This document shows positions 38,301 to 49,989 of a stretch of DNA of 64,000 nt, piece by piece. The notes under the pieces were generated by a model. The model saw only the letters and a list, made by a program, of their open reading frames with translations. It searched no databases and was not told the origin of the DNA. A program made the position numbers and the translations under genes. Source of the DNA: Lama guanicoe (lineage: Eukaryota); NCBI GenBank assembly GCA_013239625.1, contig MU054400.1, positions 2,143,345 through 2,207,344 on the forward strand, written 5' to 3'. Each line of letters opens with the position of its first letter. Positions within the stretch are counted from its first letter, which is position 1.

Positions 38301-41300
38301 GGAGTTTTAAATTTTCAACAGTCATACATATAAAATTTTTTAAATATTTAGTTTTCTCCTCTTCTGTTGTGAATGGTTTTGCTCCATGGGCATATTAAAG
38401 ATCTTGCTCATTGTAACAAAGCCTGTGAGACTTGTATTTTTCCCTTAAAGTACCATAGAGATTAACTCAGTAGAACTTTGTGTCATAATTTACCAGTAGA
38501 ACCTAATACATAAATCTAAGTCAATATATTTGGGTTCAATTAAATTACACTGCTAGCATTTCAAATAGTGGCAAATTCTGTTGCTTCACTGAGGAAATTC
38601 CTACAAAAAAAGATATAAAAATGGACAACTAAGACCGATTCAAACTATCAAAAGCCAGTATTATAATATCAAGCTTTTCTCAGCTTCCTTTTTATAATTT
38701 CTCTTATTCTAATTATCACCATACTGGGGTATTGTCAGGGTCAACATGAAGGCCATTATAAAACTCAAATACCACTCCAGTATTTGGTGCCACATATGCA
38801 CTGCATTCCAAAAGCAAGAAGTGGAAACAGTCTCTTCTTATGCACGCATTAAGGGGAGCACTGTTTATAGAAAATTTAAAAACAATAAAACTTATGAAAA
38901 GTCAGTCTGCTTTTTATCCTCAGCCTCCAGGTAAACACTGACATTGATAAAATATTCCTATTAGACAGATGCTCCCACACCCACCCTTTAAACACTACTG
39001 CCCAAATGAGTTCAAAAATACTACATACTCAGTGCATTTATGAAACTTACTGTGATATCTCACTCTCACCTTTATTTTCAATTTTTGAAAAATATAAATG
39101 TAGAAGAATGTGTTAACAGTACTAAACAAGGTAGCCTGCAGCCTGTTATATCTTTAACAGTAATATTTTAAAAAGTTCCAGTGAAGTTGAGAGAGGCATT
39201 ATAGGCATGAATGAACATTGAGCTTTCATTATTCATACCCCAGTGTTTTAAAAAGTCACAAGTATGTTTCTCAGGAAATAAATGAAAGAGTAAAACATGT
39301 CATACCTGCATTTAATGCATGAGAATTTGTGTTGACTATAAAAACAAACGCCCACTAAGGACCTGACTCCTTAGCAAATCATTCTGAGACATACTATGAG
39401 ACTCCTTTTTTAAAAAATATGACACCCATTCTTCAATAAGCACTTATCACTTTATTGACCTGGACTAATACAAACAAGTCAGTGGCAATAAAGTCCACAT
39501 TACTGAAGATCATATGTATATTTTTGCTGACTTCTTGGACCCTGAATTCATGAAGATATGAAGAACTGAGGGGAAAAAAATAAACCATTAGCAAAAGAAA
39601 ACAAACATTAAAGCACAAAAGTACCTTCACTTGACACCTAGAGTTTCCATTTTCATAGAATTCTCCAACTCTTATCTATGACACTCTGGAGTCAGGGAAG
39701 GAATTAGTACTTCATGGAGGCAAATATATTTCCTTTCAAATGCTCTGTATAAGTGGAAAAACATAATAAACAAAAAAAAACTATAAGCATATTTCATATA
39801 CATGCAAAAAGGTAAACACAATGACAAAATATTTAAGGAGAGCATGTGAAACAAATAGTAAAATTTATTATTAGTGTATATATTTAAAGTTGCACTTGCC
39901 TTGGGGGAGATGCCTTAATTTTCCTTTCCTTTGTGAATGCACCGACTAAACTAGAAAGACAAGAGGTTCACTCCCAGAATGTATTATTCAGGACATTCTG
40001 TATATGTGTGTTTGAGTATGTATATGAAATCTATCATATATGAAGGATGTATGTTTAACCAAAAGGGAGAAAAAAAAAACTGTACCTTTGTTATTTAGAA
40101 GTCAGTTCACATTTGCATTATCAAATCTATTCATTGTTGGTTTAGTATAAATTTTCTTGTTTTGTTAGTGAGCTTGCTTTTAGAAAATGTGTTTATGTTT
40201 CCACAGGTAAAACAAATATGTGTCAATTTCTTGGGCAGGCAGAATACCAGTGTCAAAATAAATTCTTTTATGAGTTGTTTCTAAATTATTGCTTAATTTT
40301 ATAAGGAATTTAAAATTAGGAGCTTCATTAATAAATATGTTTATTAATAAGTATATGATTGCTGTGCTTTGTTAAGGCACTGGCCTTTTGTCATTATTTA
40401 TGTATGATGTATATTAAATATATAACCTACAAACCAAAGGCAAAAAGAGAAAACTAGCTTAAAACCAGAATCTGACTTCAAATAGTCGCTGTTAAAAATA
40501 AAATTTCTAAGTTGGTTTGTAAATTTGTTGTTTGAAGTAGTTTCTCATTGGGCGGATGTTATAAAAACTATGGTTCCATTTCCAGGTAAGACCACAGAAG
40601 TCTGTTCAACCCATAATTTAAGTGAGTTTTAGTAACATACTTAAGAGATATAGAAACTATTCACCAATTTAGAAGTTTGTTTTGGTTTGGTTTTCCTCTA
40701 TAGGAACTGGTTTTTACCAGTGAGACCAAGAAACCCTACTCCCTAGGAGCTAAAAACTAGAAAAAACTAGAAAACTCTTTGAGCATAGGGCAACAGTTGG
40801 GTCTCAGGTGAGATGGTCAGGGTCAACAGCAACAGAGGAAAGAATAAAAGAAAAAATTAGCAAGCAGCATCAGATAAGAAAAACTAGAGTCAGTAAGAAA
40901 GAGTTTATTCTAATTGAGTAGGCACCCATAAATCAGGGTGACTTTGCTACTGCCCTACCCAAATATTAATCAGTTTAAGAAAAACTTTATTTTACAAGTG
41001 AAAGTTTGGAAAAGTAACAAAAATAACAATATAAGTAACAAAAAAAAGCAAAATAATACCTCTGGTCATTATAATGGGATGAAAAATATGAAAATTTTAA
41101 AAAGTACAAATTGTATTTGGGCAAATCAACATTTAGCTCTTAATTCCAAACTGAAGTTTATGTTATATCATAAGATTTAGAGCAAAAAACTTGAAGAAAA
41201 AATTTCATTTATATATTCACAGCCCCAGGGCTATCTGGCCAGCCTGTGTACAAGGCCTGACTAAGCAGGCTGTAGAGAAGAATCTCAGATTAAGTCCATC

Positions 41301-41870
41301 AGATTATTAGCTAAAGATCCTCTGTTTGGACTTCAAGCTTTACAAGTGTGCTCCATGTGACCAGATTTCTTTTCCTTGAAATGTTAGAATGCTTTCATGT
41401 TATTCTATCCTTGTTTCCCCCTATTCCATGGAGCTGTATCCACTTCTCCCAAAGAGGTACGCTGAATAGACAGGCAGAGGACAGATGAAAACTTACATTC
41501 CATAGTATCAGCAAACCAATAATATAACACTCTAAAAACAATTTCAGAAGAAGAGTAGAGCCCATGTTTAAGACTGATCTTAAACACCCTGTATGGGCTC
41601 TGAGGACCATAAATTAACCTTAATCTATAAACCCAGGCAGTTGCCTTAGCCCGCAGGCTGCATTTTGGCACAAATTTTCAGCTGTGCCAAAACATATGCA
41701 GCAGGTGACTCTCTGACATAAGCAATATTTAATTGTGTTTTTTTAAATAATAAGATATCCTTGTATTTATAGAACAACAATCTGAATTTATAAGGTATTA
41801 TAACATACTTATAATAATGTACTTCATAATATACTTTAATATAATAATATACATTTGAGGAATATTTTAG

Positions 41871-42000
41871 TTTATTATTCTACTCTTAGTTTTGCTCTTC
41901 AAATATGACTGGAAAAAATTTTAAGCAAGTTTATAAGTGGAAATATTTAAAAGTCCCATTACTTGACAGTATTGTAAAGCATGTGTTTGTTTGGTTTATT
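41871..42000 (-). terminator. Candidate proximal KIF27 polyadenylation signals (AATAAA at 41995-42000 and 41871-41876)
   Basis: tttatt on the plus strand, ~200 and ~325 nt downstream of the stop; a TGTA motif lies just upstream of the first. Confidence 0.5.
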
Positions 42001-42199
42001 ATGGAAATACAAATTAAAACTCCTCAAATATACTACAGAAGAAATACACATCTATAGTATACAAAAGGACTAGGGATTCCTTTCTCCCCTTCTTCTTTTA
42101 TCCTGAGGAAAGAGCTAGTGAGCTTAAGCTTTAATTTTTAACAGGTTAGAAAAAGGAATCTTACACACCTACTAAACTAAAAGTTCTATTATTAAATGT

Positions 42200-42678
42200 C
42201 TAAGTTTTTAAGTCACTCGGTTTCCTAGCTACTTCAATGGAATCAGCAGTCATAGATCCAACCCCAAGACTGGAACGTCGTAATGATAGTTCGAAGGTAG
42301 AAATCTGACGTAACTCTTTGCGACACAGCTTTACAGGTGTGACACCATGCAGCTGTCCCACATTTCCTACTGGCTGAATGTGGGGTGATGATCGACTGTG
42401 AGATTTTGTAAACTGATTTTCATCTGTTTCTGTTTTGTCCTCATTGCGTAACAAATGCCCACTAGTAGGTGCTAAAGAGCTATAAATTGGAGGTAATTCT
42501 GGGCCATCTTCCCAGAGCTTCTGCAGATTTGGTTGCGTTCGTAAGATGCTTGTGGAACTGTCTATTTCTCTCTCCCTTCCATTTAATTTCATACTTTCAG
42601 TTCTGGACGCCCATTTTGATTCTTCTGAAACCACGCCTGCTTCGTCTGGGTTCTGGACTCTATCTCCAGCATCATGAT
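42200..42678 (-). CDS. KIF27: KIF27 last coding exon ((N)HDAGDRVQNPDEAG...GVTPVKLCRKELRQISTFELSLRRSSLGVGSMTADSIEVARKPSDLKT*)
   Basis: Within ORF 42200..42724. attatttttag acceptor at 42679-80, phase 1, TAG at 42200-42202. C-terminus matches recalled KIF27. Confidence 0.95.
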
Positions 42679-43399
42679 CTAAAAATAATCCAAAGAGCAG
42701 GGAAAAAATTAGAGGTTTCCTCAAAAACAGGTATCTTAATCATGAAATCCTAACATAACTACGTTATTATCACTCAATATAAATTATAATCTTTCAAGTC
42801 TATTTGTTAAATGACTTCTTTGAGACAAATAGAAGTGTAAATATGAATTATTCTTATTTCATGTAGAGGCATCTTGCATGCGAAGGACTGAGAGCTAATA
42901 ATTAATGGGAAAAAGTTGAGAAATAGTCTTCAGGAGATTTTGGTACTCCCTGGAAACACAGGAGTGCTTTAGGCCTCTCTGGTGCCCTTCCACACTTGCC
43001 CTCTTCTGGGTTTGCCACTGGTGAATCACATTCCAAAACCTGGTCATATTTCCAGGGAATCTTCTGAGACTTGGCATTCTGTGTGTGAAAATCTACTCCT
43101 GGCTGGCACTCCCAGCATGAGAGCAGGGTTCTACTGTCTGAATGTATTCTGGGGTACATGCCACAGCTTCCACCATCAAAATGGAATAGACAGCACACCC
43201 CGCTGGAATGAGTGACAGGAGTGAAGAGATCGAAGCCTGAGGCCCTCAAATCAGAGAATCATATAATATCAAAGACAAAAACTTACTTAGAGGAAGTCCA
43301 TATAGATACCAGACCTAATGCAGAGAAAAATGCTAACTTTAACATATGTTGATGATGCAATTAATACACTTCTGGTCCTGTGAATACCAAATTTAAAAA

Positions 43400-43676
43400 C
43401 AGGAGTTGTACATTGGTAGCTCCCAAGCCAAATCTGGCCCACAGACATGTCTTACTTAGCCTATAAAATAACATGTGATGCAAAATTTAAAAAGTGGAAA
43501 GTCTCATATAAAAATACAATTTTCCAGCTTTTATAGAAAAATGAGAAGAACTGATCATTTTTCCCGGGCAACAGCAGCTGGGCAGAGCTGCCCCTGCCAA
43601 TTTAGACAACTGCTACAGTCCCACTGCTCACTGTGGCTTCCCGATTCCCAAAGGCATTCTAGTTTGTGACCCCTGG
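43400..43676. mobile_element. MER102-like hAT element
   Basis: cagg...gccaaatctggcccacagacatgt...tttgtgacccctg termini. Confidence 0.55.
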
Positions 43677-45074
43677 TTTAAAACATATTTGATGTTATAT
43701 ATAACCTTTAAAAATTGTGAACAACTTTGTTGTACACTTGAAACTTATATAATATTGGACATCAACTATACCTCAATTAAAAAAAAGAAAGAAAAAGGGA
43801 AAACATTTTCTAGTTTTTAAAATTCTTCTAACAAACAAAAAACCTAAACTAGCAAATGACATAGATCTTCATGTGGAATTAGCAGATACTCACAAAGTCG
43901 ACCAGAGTGATCACAGTGGCTCCCAAACTTTGCTGGAAGCTTTTTAAAAACCCTGATACCCAGTGTCTGGGGAAGGGAGCCAGGCATCGTAATTTTTAAG
44001 GATCATATGAGAGCAGAGATGAGCTCATTGGAAAGGCTCACTTCAAAAGCCTCTTAGAGTCCTCACAACAGAAAGTTTCCCTCTTCCAGAATTTTACCAT
44101 TGAGGGGGAAAACTGAAGATTAATTCACCCATAGTCACACAGCCAGTAAAAGAAGTTAGTATTCCAACCAGATCTTCTGACTCTAGTATCCTCACAGAGT
44201 TTTATAAGGATAGAGTTTTAAATACTTAAACAAGTATGTAGACTGTATGTCCATATAAACCGATTTTATCCTCACAAAATGTTAGAAAACAGATGCATTA
44301 TAACAGAAGCATGATCAAGAAGTGACCAAGATATTTTAGCCTAAAGATTAACTTTTCTGCTATCTGAAAATGCCAAAAATATTCAAAGCAGGTAAACACA
44401 AATCTGGTAGGCAGACAGTGAAAAGATTAATATCAAAAACCAATCAACTGAATACCAAGACACTTATGCATTAACTAGGATACTGATTATTAAACATAGA
44501 ATACATTTTAGGGAACTCAAAATTTTGATATATTTAAATTGCTATATTTTATAATTCAAACAAGTCTTATTAAATGTCATCACATTAGAGCAGCATTTTG
44601 AGATAGGATATAGTACAAGCTATACCCCAATATGAGTCCAGCTGAATTTTTTTAAATCATGGGGAAAATATTGAAAAGAATTAAGCTGAAATGTTAATAG
44701 TTGTAGGTAGGATTATGGGTGATTTTTTTCTACAATTTCAAAGTTTTCTATAATGACTATATATTGCTTTTTATAGTCAAAAAATAAAATATGGTTTCAT
44801 TTTTATAATTATCTGTTTTGAGATACAATTGATATATAACATTATATTAGTTTTAGGTGTACTCTTTACATATTATTGTACCCACCTTTCAGCAGTTTTC
44901 TTTATAAGTACAAAATAGCTGTGTTACTAAAAGGCTGTAAAGTCACTTTTCAAAAGCCATACTTAAGTTATTAGAAGAATACTTCTCTAAAGGAAAGCTA
45001 ATTCTTTCATAAAATGAGTACTTTAGAAATATTGATTCCTCTCTATTGGTGGGCTTAAAGGCAATCTTTTTTTA

Positions 45075-45233
45075 AAATTTAATTTAATTTAATTAATTTT
45101 GTTTTTTAGGGGGAAGGTAATTAGGTTTATTTATTTATTTAAATTGAGGCACTTGGGATTGAAGCCAGGACCTCCCGCATGCTGTGCAGGTACTCTACCC
45201 CTGGGCTCAACTGCTGAGCTATACCCTCCCCCT
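45075..45233 (-). mobile_element. tRNA-derived SINE (camelid Vic-1-like)
   Basis: Minus strand GGGGAGGGTATAGCTCAG...GGTCCTGGCTTCAATCCC...AATAAATAAACCTAATTACC, with Pol III A and B boxes and an AT-rich tail. Confidence 0.85.
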
Positions 45234-45835
45234 CAGACAATCGATCCGTTTTAATCATAGCACTATATCACCTTCATGGCACTTTTTACTTTTGCAAAGT
45301 TATTTTTCATGTTTTATCATTTCATTGAGGAAGGTGGTATTTCTACATATCTACATATAATTATGCAAGAAAACATCTTTGTCTCAACATGGGTTTTATT
45401 ATATCTTTTAATTTTCAGGGGTCATAGTATGAAAATACCCAATTTAGAAATATATACAATATTATTTTACCTTTACTTTTATTATTCACTATTTAGTTTA
45501 CTTTTTTGTGATATTCAGAAGGGTTCATTTACCATAAAACAGGAAAACAATAGCTATTCCATATTATAGGGGTATTTTAAGGATTAAGTGAGTTAGGGAA
45601 TGCAAAAGCCCCAGCTACGTGGCAGGCAATCCAATAAATGATCATTTCCTTCCACATACACATTTGTTCATTCATGCACTTCTCCAGTGATTCTTATACA
45701 TAGACTAGACAACTGTTTGTTTACAGAGACAAACAGAAGTTAAATATCTAATTCTAAATAACCTATCAATTGGGAAAGGCTCCACTATAAACCATGCTAT
45801 GGTGTCAGCATGACAAGTAACACTAAATCTCTTAC

Positions 45836-46000
45836 TTTCTGATGGTGCTAGTTGCCGCCGAATTGCTTCCCCTAACAGTTCCTTAAGTTTCTTCTTAAGA
45901 TCTCTGCTGGTTTTCTTATAGAAATAAAGATCTCTTTCCAGCTGCTGGATTTTATCTTCATAATTTTTTAAAGTTTCCACAATGCCTTCCCCATCTTGCT
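45836..46000 (-). CDS. KIF27: KIF27 penultimate exon (165 nt; (E)QDGEGIVETLKNYEDKIQQLERDLYFYKKTSRDLKKKLKELLGEAIRRQLAPSE)
   Basis: tattttatag acceptor, GAAA|gtaaga donor, phase 1-1. Confidence 0.95.
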
Positions 46001-47334
46001 CTATAAAATAGAAATTTACATTTAAAATCAGTTTAAGATAAATTATTGAAAATTATGTTCTAACAGAGCTCCCCGACTATATTTAAAGGGCAGAAGTGTT
46101 ACATGTATCTGTTACCTCAATGGATTTGTTTTCAGCTACAATTTGAATTCTTCTGTCTGTAAAATTTTTCGAAGTTAAGACAGAGCCCTTCTCCACCCTA
46201 ACCCCTATCAACTACAACATTTTTCATGATTCATAAACACTTTTTGAGTCACTACTAACTAGATTTATCCTCAGAACAGCAGAAGTTAAGGTTCACATTT
46301 GGAACTCTGTCCACTAGCTGCATTAGTTTATATTAGGAACTATGGATATGTGGAAAGTCGTAAGCCTGAAGTTTATAGGCTCAAGAAATATACAGCCAAA
46401 AAAACCCACAAAAAATAGAAACCTGTCAAAAGAGGCTACAGAGATTAAATTACAAAGGAAAACACCATTTAAAGAAGGAGAAGAGGGGGAAAAACACAAG
46501 CAAAGTTTTAGTTTATGCTACAATAACTTAAAGCTTCTAATTAATATTTAGGAATGTCCAAAACTGTATCCATTTGGATTATGTTCTAGAACCAGTAAAA
46601 CCCAGATTACTGACCTTCAGAGATACACACTTTCAGACTTACTCTTTCTTACTGGTAAGTTTATAAAATGGCCCTATTGGTTTATAATTTTCTTTTATTA
46701 TAACTGTTTTATAAAAATTGATCTAAGTATATTGTATATTTTATATTAATCCATCATCCTGGTTAAATTTTTTTAAATTAATAGTATCATAAGTCAGAAT
46801 CCCCATGAAGGATATCATTAGAATCAACTTAATTTTACATCCTATATTCAGTTGAAATTAGAAAATTCATAAATTGTTAATATTTCTCAGTTAACAACTT
46901 TGTTATGAAAAACTTGTCCCAGCTATAGAAATGAGTAATTTTTAAAATGTTTTCATTTGATTAAAGCATGAGCTTTTGTGATACAATGCCAATCACTTGA
47001 AAAACATATTAAAAATTCTATTAAAATATCACTCTTAGAGACTTAAGACAATTAACATAAGGTAAGGAGAGCATGTTTGCATGAAATAACGACTGGAATC
47101 CTGTCAAGGAAATCTGTCATCAAGCAACTGGTTGCTAATTAACTGGTTATAGAATTAACTTAGAGGCAAATTGTCTTGACACTCAAATGCATATATTTTT
47201 CAATCTTCTGCTTTCTCAGGTTGCTTCTTCCAGATCCTTTTTAAGTCATTTCCAGCTGTAGATTCACAAGAATCAAGACTGGCAGCTTAGCAGCCTGGAC
47301 TGAAGCATTACCAGTATTGCTAGGCAGTGATTTT

Positions 47335-47348
47335 GTTGCCATAGCAAC
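47335..47348. promoter_or_regulatory. Canonical RFX X-box GTTGCCATAGCAAC in a KIF27 intron
   Basis: Exact fit to the X-box consensus GTTNCCATRGNAAC, with related half-sites nearby. Confidence 0.6.
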
Positions 47349-47860
47349 TGTTTGTGTACCAGCCATAAGCCGTATGGTGAGGACCAACTGCTGTGACAAC
47401 TCTTTCTACACCAGAGTTGACAGCTGAACTACTGTGCACTGGTAACAGTGTGTGCCCTTCAATGGTAGACTAATTTTGACCTTAGCTATAACCTTAATGC
47501 ATAAAATTTACAACTGACTGATACTTATAACAAGAAATATAACCAGAAATCTGACAGAACCTATCACTTTAATTTTATGAAGGGAAAGTAATTTAAATAT
47601 CCGGATTCTATACCCTTGGGAGATAGGACCTTTTCAACTGTACACCACCAAGCCAGAAGTCACCCCACATTCCTACATGAAAACTAGACCAAAAATAAAT
47701 TAACAGGATTGCAGCAGTTGTGGCGCTGGGGACAGGCAGAGGGGATGCCATTTCAAGCACAAACAGCTTGACATCAAAGTCAACTGTCCCAGCATGTGGA
47801 CCAAAACATGTAAAGCACAAAACACCCGTAAGTAGTAACTATTTATGCATGTTGGGCTTT

Positions 47861-48008
47861 CTTTTTTTATCTTTTTTTTTTTTTTGGCAGGGGGAGGTAA
47901 TTAGGTTTTTAAATTTTATTTATTCATTTGGAGGAGGTACCAGGGATTGAACCCAGGACCTCATGCTTGCTAAGCATGCACTATACCACTTGAGCTATAC
48001 CCTCCCCC
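47861..48008 (-). mobile_element. tRNA-derived SINE (camelid Vic-1-like) with 13-bp TSD
   Basis: GGGGAGGGTATAGCTCAAGTGG...GGGTTCAATCCC...ACCTAATTACCTCCCCC plus A-tail; TSD catgttgggcttt (47848-60) / catgatgggcttt (48009-21). Confidence 0.9.
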
Positions 48009-48107
48009 CATGATGGGCTTTTAAGTGATCCAATTCTATCCTAGCTTCCTTTCCCAATCCTCCTCCTACACATCACCTTTACACAGCTGACAAGAAGAGG
48101 CAGGTAC

Positions 48108-48306
48108 CTTTGAAATGATGTAAGAGCAGCTGCATTTTTTGCTCATGTTCCTTTTGCTGGAGTGTCAGTCTCCGGTCACACTGCAATTTCAGATGTTCCA
48201 GTGCAGATTCCAACTCACGAACTGTATTATCCCGTTCCAGAACTTTCATTTTAATTTCTTCATTCTGTAACTGCAGTTTCCGTTCAGCTTCTCGCAAATT
48301 AACCAC
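48108..48306 (-). CDS. KIF27: KIF27 coding exon (199 nt; VVNLREAERKLQLQNEE...QQKEHEQKMQLLLHHFK+G)
   Basis: tctttgctag acceptor, AAG|gtacct donor; coiled-coil sequence of the KIF27/KIF7 type. Confidence 0.95.
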
Positions 48307-49782
48307 CTAGCAAAGACATTTGTTGACCTTTTCGGTGAGTCTTAGATAGCCTAATATAACAGGTTATTTACTTTTCTTAGACTTCATAAAGATGAACTCC
48401 CATAATCACCATGATATAACCAGACAAATGCTTTGTAACATACCCATAAAATAACCTAACAGCCTTTTGAATTTGTTGGGGTCCTGAATTGGTAACAATT
48501 TCATTTTAAATATAATGTTGTTCTAACAATCACCCCTCCATTATTTCTTACACATGATCTCCGAAGTTTACATTTACAATCCTACAACTCTATTTCTCCA
48601 ATCTAAAAAGATAGCAAGAATCTAAAGACTCTTGTAACATCTAGATAATTCCCAATTTTAACTCCAAGATGAATGTTATAAATAAGTGACACAATTTTTT
48701 AAACTACAAATATGGAATTTGGTCTCAGATTGTACATGCAGTCTAGTGGGTTCCTCTCTGCACTGATATAAAGTGAGAATACTTCAGGCAATATCTGTGT
48801 CACAGAACTTGTTAATAATGCAATGACTTTCTCTCCAGAAAAATACTCATTTCCACAAAGGGTTCTTCAGATCAGAAAACCCCTTGGTCTGGGAGCTTTG
48901 GGTTAAGAACCCTTGGTCTAAGAACACTACAAAGGAGTAATCTAAATTTTAAAAAAAGTTATCTATACCAAAACCTCGGACAATAACCATCATATTTTTG
49001 CCCTCCATTTAAATATCTGGTGATAGGATGTACTCTTACTACTGACAGTAATTATCCAAGAGGAGGGCTGGGTATAACATTTCCATTAATTTGTTCATCT
49101 TTATTTCATTTGTCCAACAGAATCAGAACTTTATTTTAAAACTTAAGTGTTTTATTTTTCATTAATTTTCTGCTATTCCCTTAAATTGAATATATTTTTC
49201 ACAGAAAAGAATAATCTACTTGTTCAACACTTCATAATATTTATCTTAAGAGAAGACATTAGAGAAAAGATAGATACAGTTTTCAATGCTATGAAACATC
49301 TCTGCATCAGTAAATTGTCACATTTGAACAAAATGTTTTTATTTATATTAAGCACATTCAGGTTAATGCTAAAATCTATTACTATCTTTGTCACTAATGC
49401 ACCATTTCATCTCCATTTCAATTCTCAGGGTAGGGTGAGAAAGTACAGGTACCCCTACCCTACAGCAATGAAGGAAGGGGAACCCAAATGTGCAGGGCCC
49501 TTGAGTTTTTCACAAATGCTGAGTAGCAACAACCGAATCTAGAAAACATCCAAGAAATAGTGACTGAGGAATATAACTAATTCTTTGGTTTTTAAAAGTA
49601 CTTCAAAATCCCTTCTTTCAAAAGGCACTTCAACTTTAAGAACCTCACAAAGTTAGGCCTACATACTTGGATAAGAAATTTTAGATGACAACATTCAGTA
49701 CTGTAAATTCTACAGAAATGTGAGCTGTGTAAATATCTTGATTCCTCTTTATAAGAAAATCCTTTGTCCCTGAAACACAAAC

Positions 49783-49989
49783 CTTATTGAAATATCTGAG
49801 AAGAATAGCTCTAATCTCAACTGGATTCAGGCAAATTAGCTTTTCCAAGACATTTGCTTCACTGTGAGAGAGGTTTTGGAATGAAGCTCTGAGTGACTTC
49901 TGGCGACTCTGGATACCTTCGTTCTTGTATTCAATTGCAGCTTCCAAAGCTTCAATCCCTTCTTCGAGTTGAAAAAGGACATGTTCTTC
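49783..49989 (-). CDS. KIF27: KIF27 coding exon (207 nt; EEHVLFQLEEGIEALEAAIEYKNE...AILLRYFNK)
   Basis: atatctag acceptor, AAG|gtttgt donor, phase 0-0; conserved KIF7/KIF27 motif. Confidence 0.95.

Noticed and set aside
42895..43249. Overlapping ORFs in the last KIF27 intron
   Set aside because: No recognisable protein or convincing splice-site pair; possibly an ancient LINE remnant, but not supportable by eye.
45140..48008. tRNA-like sequences with A and B boxes
   Set aside because: These are SINE heads with AT-rich tails and a TSD, not tRNA genes. Both copies share orientation, so they form no inverted dsRNA pair.
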